Part shown: positions 16,797-25,125 of the stretch, in pieces
Position numbering within the stretch: the first letter of the stretch is position 1
How the letters are laid out: every line of letters begins with the position of its first letter
Assembly: GCA_964476605.1 (NCBI GenBank)
Contig: CAYZBH010000006.1
Span: forward strand, 5,476 to 69,475
Source of the DNA: an uncultured Thermoanaerobaculia bacterium
GTDB lineage: Bacteria; Acidobacteriota; Thermoanaerobaculia; Multivoradales; JAGPDF01
Direction: 5' to 3'
Length of the DNA: 64,000 nucleotides
Made by a program: the position numbers and the translations under genes
The notes under the pieces: generated by a model
What the model was told of the DNA's origin: nothing
What the model saw: the letters and a program-made list of their open reading frames with translations, nothing else
Databases searched by the model: none

Positions 16797-18160
16797 TTCG
16801 CGCCCGTTCTCTCCGACGCGCCTTCGCCTGGTGGTTCGGGACGACGATGGTCGCCCTCTACGGCTTGACCTCGACCGCGATCTGGTATCAGAGCCGGTCC
16901 ACCTCGCGCAGCTTCGCGGTCCTCTCGCTGAAGACGGAGGCGGAGGCGATCGCGAGCTACCTCGCTTCGAGCCGACGGATCGACCCGCCGGAGCTCGCCG
17001 AGCCCGAGCATTCGGCGCTGCCCCTCTGGATCCGCATCCTCGAGGAGGGTCAGGTCGTCGGCGCGACGCCCGGCATTCCCGACCTGCCGGTCGCGGCCGG
17101 GCTGCCGGACCTCCGGAGCACGGACCAGGTGCGCTATCTCGAGTCTCCCATGCCGCTCGCGGTCGTGCAGCACGAGGTCGGCGGCCGCCGCCCCGGCATG
17201 ATCGTCGAAGCGGTGGGCTCGCTCGTCGATCTCCGCCGCCGCGAGCGCAAGCTCGGGCTCGGGCTCCTCCTGGGCGGTCTCGCGGTGCTCCCTTTGGCGG
17301 GTCTCGGCGGTCGCTGGCTCGCCGGACGTACCCTGCGCTCGCTCGATTCCCTCGTGGGTTCCATCCGCCGCATCGAGTCCGGTTCGCCGGGCTCGCGGCT
17401 CACCCTCCCCCCGAGCTCGTTCGAAGAGGTCGCGATCGTCGCCAACGCCTTCAACGACCTGCTGGAGCGTCTGCAGGCGACGCTCGAGGGGATGCGACGC
17501 TTCACGGCCGACGCCTCGCACGAGATCCGCAATCCGCTTTCGGTGCTCCGGACCGGCCTCGAGGTGGCGCTGCGGCGCCCCCGCGCTCCGGAGGAGTACC
17601 AACTGCTCCTCCGCCAGAACCTGCGCGAGATCGAACGTCTGGATGCGGTGGTGGAGGGTCTCCTCGCGCTCGCCCGCCAGGAACCGGGGAGCGGCGTCGC
17701 GCTCGCGCGCGCCCCTCTCGACTTCTCCGGGCTCCTGACGCAGACCCTGGAGAGCTTCGCGGTGGTGGCGGCGGAACGGGGCGTGACGCTCGACGGCGGC
17801 ATACCGCGCGGCCTGCGGGTGGAAGCGGACGAACGGCTGCTCCGGCTGGTGACGTTCAACCTGCTCGACAATGCCCTCAAGCACAGCCCCGAAGGGAGCA
17901 GCGTCCGGCTCCGCCTGACGTCCGTCGAGGGCCAGCTCGCCCTGCGGGTCAGCGATCAGGGCCCAGGCGTCCCCGAGGACGAACGTCCCCGCCTCTTCGA
18001 CCGCTACTTCCGCGGCCGCGACGCCTCGACCCGCGGCGGCACGGGCGGCCTCGGTCTCTCCGTCGTGCGCTGGGTCGTGGAGGCGCACGGTGGCACGGTG
18101 CGCCTCGTTCCCGATCCGCCCGGAACGACCTTCGAGGTCCTGCTCCCCGCCCTCGTCTAG
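16793..18160 (+). CDS. Sensor histidine kinase (2 TM periplasmic sensor, HisKA plus HATPase_c), partner of the OmpR regulator.
   Basis: H-box ADASHEIRNPLSVL, N-box FNLLDNALKHSPEG, G-boxes DQGPGVPEDE and GGTGGLGLSVV. The coding frame continues from the response-regulator stop (TGA 16794-16796). The exact start is unclear; a CTG at 16793 or a nearby non-ATG start is possible. Confidence 0.85.
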   Translation: MIRARSLRRAFAWWFGTTMVALYGLTSTAIWYQSRSTSRSFAVLSLKTEAEAIASYLASSRRIDPPELAEPEHSALPLWIRILEEGQVVGATPGIPDLPVAAGLPDLRSTDQVRYLESPMPLAVVQHEVGGRRPGMIVEAVGSLVDLRRRERKLGLGLLLGGLAVLPLAGLGGRWLAGRTLRSLDSLVGSIRRIESGSPGSRLTLPPSSFEEVAIVANAFNDLLERLQATLEGMRRFTADASHEIRNPLSVLRTGLEVALRRPRAPEEYQLLLRQNLREIERLDAVVEGLLALARQEPGSGVALARAPLDFSGLLTQTLESFAVVAAERGVTLDGGIPRGLRVEADERLLRLVTFNLLDNALKHSPEGSSVRLRLTSVEGQLALRVSDQGPGVPEDERPRLFDRYFRGRDASTRGGTGGLGLSVVRWVVEAHGGTVRLVPDPPGTTFEVLLPALV

Positions 18161-21100
18161 CTCCGCCGGTCCACCCGCGCGCGGCGCAGTCGGAGCGCCG
18201 CGAATCCGGCCAAGAGGAGGGCCAGCGCCGCGAGACCCGGCCCACCGAGAGTCGGGATCTCGAGCAACTCGCGGAAGATCTGGAAGACCGTCGGATCGGC
18301 GGCGTCCGGCGTCGCCGGATCGTCGCTCACCGCCGAGGACTCGTTCGACCCGTCGCCGTCCCCGTCGAAGTTGACCACCGCCTGGTTCGAGAAGGTCGCG
18401 CCGTGCTCGACGTCGTCGGGGATCCTCGCCTCGATGGTGATGGTCACGCTGCCACCGGCCGGGACCACGCCGTTCCAGGTCACGAGATTCGTCCCCGGAT
18501 CCGCCGCCGCGGTGCCGGAGGTCGCGGTCGCGCCAACGAGGATCAAACCCGTGGGAACGCTGTCGACCAGCTCGTCCCCGGCGTTGTCCGACTGATCCGC
18601 CGGCCCGGCGTTCGTGAGGACGAGGGTGTAGAAGATCGTTCCGCCCGGCGTCAAGTCCCCCGCGACGCTCTTCGTGGCGCTCAAAGCCGCCGGCGCGACG
18701 ACCGGCGTCACGACCGTCGCCGCGTTGTTGCCAGGTGCCGGGTCGCTCGTCGCCGCGCTGACGCTCGCCGTGTTGGTGAGCGTCGAGCCGGCCGTCACTC
18801 CCGCTCCCACGTGCACCGTGACCGAGAAGGCGGCCGGGCCGGAAACCAAGGTCGCCGTGGTGCAGGAGACGTTGCCGCCGCTCCCCACCGGCGGCGTCGT
18901 GCAGCTCCACCCCGCCGGAGCGGCCAGCGCCACGAAGGTGGTTCCGGCAGGCAGCGGATCGCCGACCGTGACACCCGCCGCCACGCTCGGGCCGGCGTTC
19001 GTCACGGTGAGCGTGTAGCCGAAGTCGAGCCCCGCGGTGGCCGTGCCGCCGCTCGCCGCCTTGGCTACGGCGAGGTCGGCGAGCGCGGTCACCGTCGTGG
19101 TCGCGGTGGCCGCATCGTTGGCCGCCGCCGGATCGCCGGTCGCGGCATCCACGGTCGCCGTGTTCGAGAGCACCAGACCGCTGGGGAGCGCGGCGTCGAC
19201 CGCCACGGTGAGGGTGAAGACGGCGCTGCCGACCGCGAAGAGTGGCGTCGCGCAGGAGACCGTGCCGGTCGACCCGACCGTCGGCGTCGTGCAGCTCCAA
19301 CCCCCCGCCCCGGCAAGTGAGACGAAGGTCGTGCCGGCTGGCAGGGTGTCGCTCCAGCTCGCCGCAGCGGCCGCGTTCGGTCCCGCGTTGGCGACCGTGA
19401 GCGTGTACGTGAGCGGGGTACCCGCGACGACCGGATCGGTGTCCTCGACCTTGGTGATCGACAGATCGGCGATCGGGAAGAGTCCCACCCGCACCGGGTC
19501 GTGGTCCGAGGCCCGGTAGGGCGACGCCGGCTGGAAGACGACCCGCGGTGGCACGAGGGCGGAGCCGTCGGGCTTTTCCTCGAACGCCGATTCGCCCACG
19601 TCCTTGACCTCGTCGTTGTAGTCGAAGAGGGGATTCTCGTCGGCGTTGATGTGCCACGGGGCGATCCCCGTGACCTCGGCGGCGAGGCCGGCGCTCGCGA
19701 GCGCATAGTCGAGGTGGCCGAGCTGGCCGTCGAAGAGGTAGGAGTAGCCGGCGGTCCCGAGGAGGCTGGTCAGCAGGTCGGTGAAGCCGCCGCCCGCCAG
19801 GGTCGCGATCGGATCTTCTTCGGAGTAGGAATTGAAATCGCCCAGGAGCAGGAGGTCCGGGTCGCCGGCCGCCGGCACCACGGTGCCCGCCAGCCAGGTG
19901 AGCAGGCGCGCGGCCTGCGCGGAGCGGCGGGCGTTGTAGCAGCCCTGGCCGTCGTTCTGATCGAGATCGGAGCCGGTCGCGTCGGCGCACCCCTTCGACT
20001 TGAAGTGGTTGGCGACCACGGTGAAGCGCTGCCCGAAGGCCGGGTTGGCCACGTCGACGACGTCGAACGTCTGAGCCGTCGGCGGCCGGTTGTGGATCGG
20101 ATCGAGGTCGACGAAGGGCGCCCCGACCGGCGAGAGCACTCCCGTGCGATAGATCAGGGCGACCCGGATCGCGTCGGTGCCGAGGGTGCCGCCGGTGGAG
20201 ACGAACGCGTAGGGATGGGCGCCTCCGCAGCGCGCGTTGACCGCGCCCAGCAGGTCGGTGATCGTGTCGGCGGGGGTGGTGTTCTCGAGCTCGACCAAAC
20301 CGGCGACGTCGACATCGAGACCGCAGAGCACGATCGAGGCCCGCTCGCGCTGGCGGTTGAGCTCGGCCACGCTGTCGGCGCCCCGGCAGTCCTGCAGCCC
20401 ATCGGGACCGCAAGGGCCGGAGGTGGAGCTCGCCGTGGTGTCGATGGTCGTGAAGTAGTTGAGCAGGTTGACGCTCGCCGCGCGGATCGAGCCTCCCACG
20501 GCCGGCGGTGCGGCCGGCCGCGGATTGGCGACCGTGAAGGCCGCAGGCGTCGCCGCCGTCGGACGGATCCGCCAGGCGTCGGTGCCCGAGAGTCCGGAGA
20601 AGGACCAGTGCAGCACTCCGGTGAGACCGGTGACCAGATCGCCGCCGCGGAAGAAGTCGACGCCCTGCGTACCCACCGAGAGGCCGCCGTTGGCCACCGG
20701 ATGGAAGACGAACTGGAAGCCGTCGGCGAGCGCCAGCGGCACGTTCTGGGCGTCGTCATCGTCGTCGAGGATCACCCGGCGCCGAGCCAGCGCGTCGAGG
20801 TGCGCGGCGTAGCCGGCGACGCTCGGCGCCGCGATCGAGGTGAACTGGCCCGGCCGTCCCCCCTCGAAGAGCTCGATCGTCCCGTAGCGCGCCTGCTCGA
20901 AGTACTCGGCGACGGTGAGCGCATCGACGAAAGTGACGCGCATCCCCTCGACCGGCTCGTAGGTGTCGTCGATCGATGGCGTCACCACCGGCAGATCGAT
21001 CGGCGCCGGCGTCGCTTCCGCCAAGTGGTTGCCCGCGTCCGTGACCAGGACCGAGCCCGCCGCCGTGGCACTGATCTCGGTCATGCCGAAGAACTCGCTG

Positions 21101-22446
21101 ACCGTACCGGTCGCCCGGACCCGCTGCCCCTCGGCGACCGGGGTCGCGCAGGCATTGCAGTAGACGAAGATCCCTTCCGAGGTCGCCGGGTCCGCATCCA
21201 CGTCGGTGTCTTCCTCCTGCAGGAAAAAGCCCCGCAGATCGCCCGTCCCGGTGGCCTGGAAGTCGCCGACCACGATGCCCTCGACCGTCACCGTGGAGCC
21301 GACGACAGGCGACGACGCGCCCGGACCCTGGACGTCGTGAATGAGGACGATCTGGAGGTCGTCGTTGGTGATCGTTCCCTGACCCTGCGAATCGGCGACG
21401 TTGGGCACCGCCGGGCCGGTCGCCGTGATGTTGGTGAGGTTGACGAAGAAGGTCTCGTTCGGCTCGAAGGCGGTGTCGCCGTTGACCGTGACGTCGAAGG
21501 TGTAGGAGGGCGAGTTCGCGGGAATCGTCTGACCGTTGAGTGAGTGTGCGACGTAGTCGTTGTTCGCGATCGTCGCCGTGCCGTCCGCGGTCCCGATGTC
21601 GAACGTGATGTCCCCGGTCGCGAGCGGAGGCGTCACGCTCACCGTGAAGGTGGCGGTGGTCGGCCCCGCGTTTCCCTCGGCGACCGTCACGTCGTCGATC
21701 GAGAGGGTCGGGATCGAGAGCGGCGATCCGGTGACCGAGATGTCGTCGATTCCCACCCACTCGTCGTTGCCCGGAGCATTGGTGGTCATCACGCGGACCT
21801 GGACGAGCGACTGATTGTCCGCGGCGGCCGGCAGCGTGACCGAGATCGGCGTGACCAGGGTGGCGGCGCTCGGCCCGGTGGTGGCGTCCGCCACGTAGCC
21901 GAGGGCGAGGTTGGTGAAGTTGCCCGAGCTCCCGACGCGGTACTGCAGCGCGACCTGCTGCGTAGAGTTGTCGGTCGATCCGTCGATGTCGCGCAGGTTG
22001 TAGGAGACGACGATCGTCTGCTGGCCGGTCGTGGCGAGATGGAGCAACAGGTAGGGAGCGTCGGCGGTGCCGCTTCCCTGCAGCGCCACGACCGGATCCG
22101 CGATCTGGAACTCCGCGACGCCACCCTGGGTGAGTGTGTTGGGATTGGTCTGGTTCGCGATGACGTCGAGATCGTTGGCGAGCGCGCTGACCCCGAGCAG
22201 CGTCTGCGGGTCGGTGCCGGTCGTCGTGGTGATGTCCTGGCCGAGGAAGCCTTCGATCCCCGGCACACCCGACCAGTTGTCGTTGGCGGTGATCAGCCCG
22301 GTGTTGCTCCAGTTCTGGCTGAAGGGGAGCGCCTGGGCGGTGTTGTCCGCGCAGGCAGGAGCGCCGAAGACCACGAGAGAGCCCGCCACGAGAAGGCGGG
22401 GCGCGAGCGCGAAGAGGAACTTGAGCGGGGCATGAGCGGGGGACAT
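18157..22446 (-). CDS. Secreted multi-domain extracellular nuclease (ExeM/NucH-like EEP domain, Calx-beta domain, DUF11 repeats) with an IPTL-CTERM-like sorting tail.
   Basis: 1429 aa. Signal peptide MSPAHAPLKFLFALAPRLLVAGSLVVFGAPACA. Calx-beta-like segment (ATFTVSVTPP...TFDVTVNGDTAFEPNETFFVNLTNI). Endonuclease/exonuclease/phosphatase region (LLLLGDFNSYSEEDPI, HFKSKGC). Three DUF11-type repeats (LTYTLTVANAGPN, FGYTLTVTNAGPS, IFYTLVLTNAGPADQ). C-terminus EIPTLGGPGLAALALLLAGFAALRLRRARVDRRS, i.e. an IPTL motif plus TM plus basic tail. Confidence 0.85.
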   Translation of the reverse strand: MSPAHAPLKFLFALAPRLLVAGSLVVFGAPACADNTAQALPFSQNWSNTGLITANDNWSGVPGIEGFLGQDITTTTGTDPQTLLGVSALANDLDVIANQTNPNTLTQGGVAEFQIADPVVALQGSGTADAPYLLLHLATTGQQTIVVSYNLRDIDGSTDNSTQQVALQYRVGSSGNFTNLALGYVADATTGPSAATLVTPISVTLPAAADNQSLVQVRVMTTNAPGNDEWVGIDDISVTGSPLSIPTLSIDDVTVAEGNAGPTTATFTVSVTPPLATGDITFDIGTADGTATIANNDYVAHSLNGQTIPANSPSYTFDVTVNGDTAFEPNETFFVNLTNITATGPAVPNVADSQGQGTITNDDLQIVLIHDVQGPGASSPVVGSTVTVEGIVVGDFQATGTGDLRGFFLQEEDTDVDADPATSEGIFVYCNACATPVAEGQRVRATGTVSEFFGMTEISATAAGSVLVTDAGNHLAEATPAPIDLPVVTPSIDDTYEPVEGMRVTFVDALTVAEYFEQARYGTIELFEGGRPGQFTSIAAPSVAGYAAHLDALARRRVILDDDDDAQNVPLALADGFQFVFHPVANGGLSVGTQGVDFFRGGDLVTGLTGVLHWSFSGLSGTDAWRIRPTAATPAAFTVANPRPAAPPAVGGSIRAASVNLLNYFTTIDTTASSTSGPCGPDGLQDCRGADSVAELNRQRERASIVLCGLDVDVAGLVELENTTPADTITDLLGAVNARCGGAHPYAFVSTGGTLGTDAIRVALIYRTGVLSPVGAPFVDLDPIHNRPPTAQTFDVVDVANPAFGQRFTVVANHFKSKGCADATGSDLDQNDGQGCYNARRSAQAARLLTWLAGTVVPAAGDPDLLLLGDFNSYSEEDPIATLAGGGFTDLLTSLLGTAGYSYLFDGQLGHLDYALASAGLAAEVTGIAPWHINADENPLFDYNDEVKDVGESAFEEKPDGSALVPPRVVFQPASPYRASDHDPVRVGLFPIADLSITKVEDTDPVVAGTPLTYTLTVANAGPNAAAAASWSDTLPAGTTFVSLAGAGGWSCTTPTVGSTGTVSCATPLFAVGSAVFTLTVAVDAALPSGLVLSNTATVDAATGDPAAANDAATATTTVTALADLAVAKAASGGTATAGLDFGYTLTVTNAGPSVAAGVTVGDPLPAGTTFVALAAPAGWSCTTPPVGSGGNVSCTTATLVSGPAAFSVTVHVGAGVTAGSTLTNTASVSAATSDPAPGNNAATVVTPVVAPAALSATKSVAGDLTPGGTIFYTLVLTNAGPADQSDNAGDELVDSVPTGLILVGATATSGTAAADPGTNLVTWNGVVPAGGSVTITIEARIPDDVEHGATFSNQAVVNFDGDGDGSNESSAVSDDPATPDAADPTVFQIFRELLEIPTLGGPGLAALALLLAGFAALRLRRARVDRRS

Positions 22447-22624
22447 CGAACACGACTCCTTCGAGGGCGAAGATCCGGGTGAGAAGGGCGAGCTTTCGTT
22501 GCTGCTCTTCGAAGCCTACCAGCCGCGCGGCTGCCTCTGGAACTCCTCTCCGGCGACGGGGGTGCGACGGCCCGGCGACGGAGATCGGTTAACCTCCTGA
22601 CGGCCGTTCCGTTCTAGCCGTGGA

Positions 22625-22652
22625 AGGGAGCCCGCACGGGTCCGGGCTCCCT
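22625..22652 (+). promoter_or_regulatory. Stable 9-bp-stem hairpin in the 5' leader, ~22 nt upstream of the ATG of the small-membrane-protein/ECF-sigma/anti-sigma operon. Possible regulatory RNA structure.
   Basis: agggagccc-gcacgggtcc-gggctccct is a perfect inverted repeat (stem ~22625-22633 / 22644-22652, 10-nt loop). It is followed by a GGAGG Shine-Dalgarno at ~22665 and the ATG at 22675. Confidence 0.3.
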
Positions 22653-22674
22653 CCCGAGCAGCCCGGAGGAAGCT

Positions 22675-23148
22675 ATGGAATGGATCGCCCCCATGGTCGT
22701 ACTGATCGTCACGATGTTCACGATCGGTGGCATCGCCCGCAACATCGTGGTCAACCGCCGGATGCGCGAGATCGCCCGCACGAACGCCGAGCTGCAGGGC
22801 AAGCTCCTCGACCGCCTTTCGAGCACCGCCGACCTGCAGGCCTACCTCGACAGCGACGCCGGCCACCGCTTCGTCGAGGCGGCGACGGTCGAGAAGTCGA
22901 ACCCCCATGGCCGTATCCTGGCCTCGATCCAGGCCGGCATCCTGCTCGTCCTCGGCGGCGCCGCGCTCTTCGTCTCGTCCGGCCAGCTCTCGAACGACGG
23001 CCCGCGCGTCTTCCAGGTCCTGGGAACGCTCGGGGTCTTCCTCGGGCTCGGATTCCTCGCCTCGGCCTACGTCGCGCATCGCCTCTCCCACCAGTGGGGA
23101 TTGCTGCCGACGCCGCGGACGTCGGGCCGGGAAGACGCCGCCGGATGA
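22675..23148 (+). CDS. Small membrane protein (157 aa, 3 TM). First gene of a three-gene operon with an ECF sigma factor and its anti-sigma factor.
   Basis: Non-Arg-biased composition (MEWIAPMVVLIVTMFTIGGIARNIVVNRRMREIARTNAELQGKLLDRL...), unlike the shadow ORFs. GGAGG Shine-Dalgarno precedes the ATG. Its stop overlaps the sigma factor ATG (ATGA at 23145-23148). Confidence 0.55.
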   Translation: MEWIAPMVVLIVTMFTIGGIARNIVVNRRMREIARTNAELQGKLLDRLSSTADLQAYLDSDAGHRFVEAATVEKSNPHGRILASIQAGILLVLGGAALFVSSGQLSNDGPRVFQVLGTLGVFLGLGFLASAYVAHRLSHQWGLLPTPRTSGREDAAG

Positions 23149-23708
23149 GTCCGGTGATCGGCGAAGGGCTCGCCGCGGAGCTTGCCGCAGGAGCCATGGA
23201 GGCTGCCGCCGAGGAGACTTGGCGGCGCTTCTACGAGGCGACGGCCCGGCCGCTCTGGGCCTTCCTCGCGGCGGCAACGCGCGACGGCGCCCTCGCCGAC
23301 GACCTGATGCAGGAGTCCTTCGTCCGTCTGCTCGCGGCCGACTTCCACGCCACGAGCGAGGAGCACCGGCGTCGCTATCTCTTCCGCATCGCCTGCAACC
23401 TCCTGCACGACCATCGACGCGCCGCGCGAAGGTTGGCCGTCCCGGTCGAGGATCTCGACCTCGTTTCGGGGGAACCCGACCCCGAACGGCTGGCGGCTCG
23501 TCGCGACCTCTGGCGCGCGCTCGACGCCCTCAAGCCGAGAGACCGGGCGCTCGTCTGGCTCGCCCATGTCGAAGCGTTGCCGCACGACGCCATCGGGGAG
23601 CTCCTGGGCCTCGGCCGCGCCAGCGTACGCGTGCAGCTCTTTCGCGCCCGCAAGCGCCTCGCCGCGCAACTGACCCGATCCCCTTCTCTTCCCGGAGAGT
23701 CGCGATGA
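23145..23708 (+). CDS. ECF (sigma-70 family group IV) RNA polymerase sigma factor.
   Basis: Sigma-2 region DDLMQESFVRLL...RRYLFRIACNLLHDHRR and sigma-4 region ALDALKPRDRALVWLAHVEALPHDAIGELLGLGRASVRVQLFRARKRL. It occupies the 3' part of track ORF 22620..23708. Confidence 0.85.
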   Translation: MSPVIGEGLAAELAAGAMEAAAEETWRRFYEATARPLWAFLAAATRDGALADDLMQESFVRLLAADFHATSEEHRRRYLFRIACNLLHDHRRAARRLAVPVEDLDLVSGEPDPERLAARRDLWRALDALKPRDRALVWLAHVEALPHDAIGELLGLGRASVRVQLFRARKRLAAQLTRSPSLPGESR

Positions 23709-24169
23709 GAGACAGCTCCTGCGTCACCACCGATCGACTGCTCGCCGCGGCCCGCCAGGGTCCCTTCGAGCCGGAGCTCGCCCGCCACGCGGCGGACTGC
23801 GGCGCCTGCGCCTCCGCGCTCGCGGTCGACGCGCCGCTCCGCGCGCTCGGCGCCGAGCTCGGCCACGGGCGCGGCCGGGCGAGCTTCGCGCGGCTGGAGC
23901 GCCGCGCGGAGCTCTTGCGCCGGGAGCGGGCGGCCCAGCGGGCCACCCGCTGGCTCGAGCGCTGGCGCCAGATCGGTCTCGCCGTCGCCGCCGCGGCCGT
24001 CACGCTGGCTCTCGCCGGCGCCGGCAGCGGCTGGCTGGATTGGCTCGTCGCTCCCCTCCTGAGGTTGCCGCAGCGGGCGCTCGGTTTCGAGGCGGCGAGC
24101 GTCGCCTTCGCGGTGCTCGGCGGCAGCGCCCTGGCGCTCTGGCTGCTGCAGGAGTGGGCCGAGGACTGA
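23705..24169 (+). CDS. Anti-sigma factor (zinc-finger, single TM).
   Basis: ATG overlaps the sigma factor stop (ATGA). N-terminal HAADCGACASAL (H-x3-C-x2-C zinc anti-sigma motif), then a TM helix IGLAVAAAAVTLALAGAG and a short periplasmic tail. Confidence 0.65.
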   Translation: MRDSSCVTTDRLLAAARQGPFEPELARHAADCGACASALAVDAPLRALGAELGHGRGRASFARLERRAELLRRERAAQRATRWLERWRQIGLAVAAAAVTLALAGAGSGWLDWLVAPLLRLPQRALGFEAASVAFAVLGGSALALWLLQEWAED

Positions 24170-24173
24170 CAAG

Positions 24174-24968
24174 ATGGGCGACATGCCGGACCTGTCGCCG
24201 ACCCGACCCGCGCAACGGCTCGACGCCGGATCGACCTCCGACGAGGTCCAGGTTTCCGTCGTGCGCGAAGCGCTGCTCGCGGTCCGCATCGTCGACGGCG
24301 GCGACTTCGCGCTCATGCGGACGCCCGGGGACGACCTCGCCCTGGCGCTCGGCTTCCTGCTCGCCGAGGGGTGGATCGAGCGGGCCTCGGACGTCGCCCG
24401 GCTCGAGCTCTGCGAAGGTGGAGACGGGGTGCGTGTCGAGCTCGCGCGCCCACCCGACCGCCCCGCGGCGAGCCGCAACCTTCCCCTCCTCTCCTCCTGC
24501 GGCCTCTGCGGCCGTGAGGACGCCCTGCCGTTCCTCGCCGGCCTCGCGCCGGTCCCGGCGGGCGAGGCCTTCGCCCGCGCGCCGCTCCTCGAGGTCTCCC
24601 GTCGCGTCCGCGACCGGCAGTCCCTCTTCGCCTCGACCGGCGGCAGTCACGCGGCGGCCCTCTTCGACCGCTCCGGGGCGCTGCTCGAGCTCGCCGAGGA
24701 CATCGGCCGGCACGCCGCCTTCGACAAGGCGGTCGGCCGGGCGCTCGCGGCGGGTCGCGAGCTCGGCGGGCTCGGCGGCTGGATCTCGGGGCGCGCCAGC
24801 CTCGAGATGGCCGCCAAGGCGGCGCGGGCCCGGCTCCCGCTCCTGCTCTCCGTGGGGGCCCCTTCCGATGCCGCGATCGATCTGGCGAATCGGCTCGGGA
24901 TGGCCCTCGGGGCCTTCGCGCGTGGCACCGACCTGACCCTGTTCGGAAACCGCCCTCGCGTGATCTAG
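24174..24968 (+). CDS. fdhD: FdhD-family sulfurtransferase (formate dehydrogenase accessory protein).
   Basis: 264 aa with the conserved SSCGLCG motif and an FdhD-like N-terminal domain (VREALLAVRIVDGG...MRTPGDDLALALGFLLAEG). Confidence 0.8.
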   Translation: MGDMPDLSPTRPAQRLDAGSTSDEVQVSVVREALLAVRIVDGGDFALMRTPGDDLALALGFLLAEGWIERASDVARLELCEGGDGVRVELARPPDRPAASRNLPLLSSCGLCGREDALPFLAGLAPVPAGEAFARAPLLEVSRRVRDRQSLFASTGGSHAAALFDRSGALLELAEDIGRHAAFDKAVGRALAAGRELGGLGGWISGRASLEMAAKAARARLPLLLSVGAPSDAAIDLANRLGMALGAFARGTDLTLFGNRPRVI

Positions 24969-25125
24969 GGGGAACGAGAAGCTTACCCTCCCGGGCGCCC
25001 CGCGACAAGCGCCGGAGGTGAGGGAGGGACCACCTGCGCGGGTGGCGCCGCAGCGCGGCATCGCCCCTACCATGGCTTCGGGCCGGTTCGCGAGTCCTCC
25101 GAACCGCGGCCTCCGAGGTCACCTC

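Noticed and set aside
18900-19700. Repetitive DNA inside the nuclease gene, as a possible CRISPR or tandem-repeat element.
   Set aside because: The repeats are in-frame DUF11 protein domain repeats (LTxTNAGP motifs) with variable spacing. There is no repeat-spacer architecture and no cas genes.
22620-23708. Treating track ORF 22620..23708 as one 362-aa protein.
   Set aside because: Its 5' two-thirds are Arg/Pro-rich and overlap the well-behaved small-membrane-protein ORF in another frame. Only the 3' part, from the ATG at 23145, is the ECF sigma factor.
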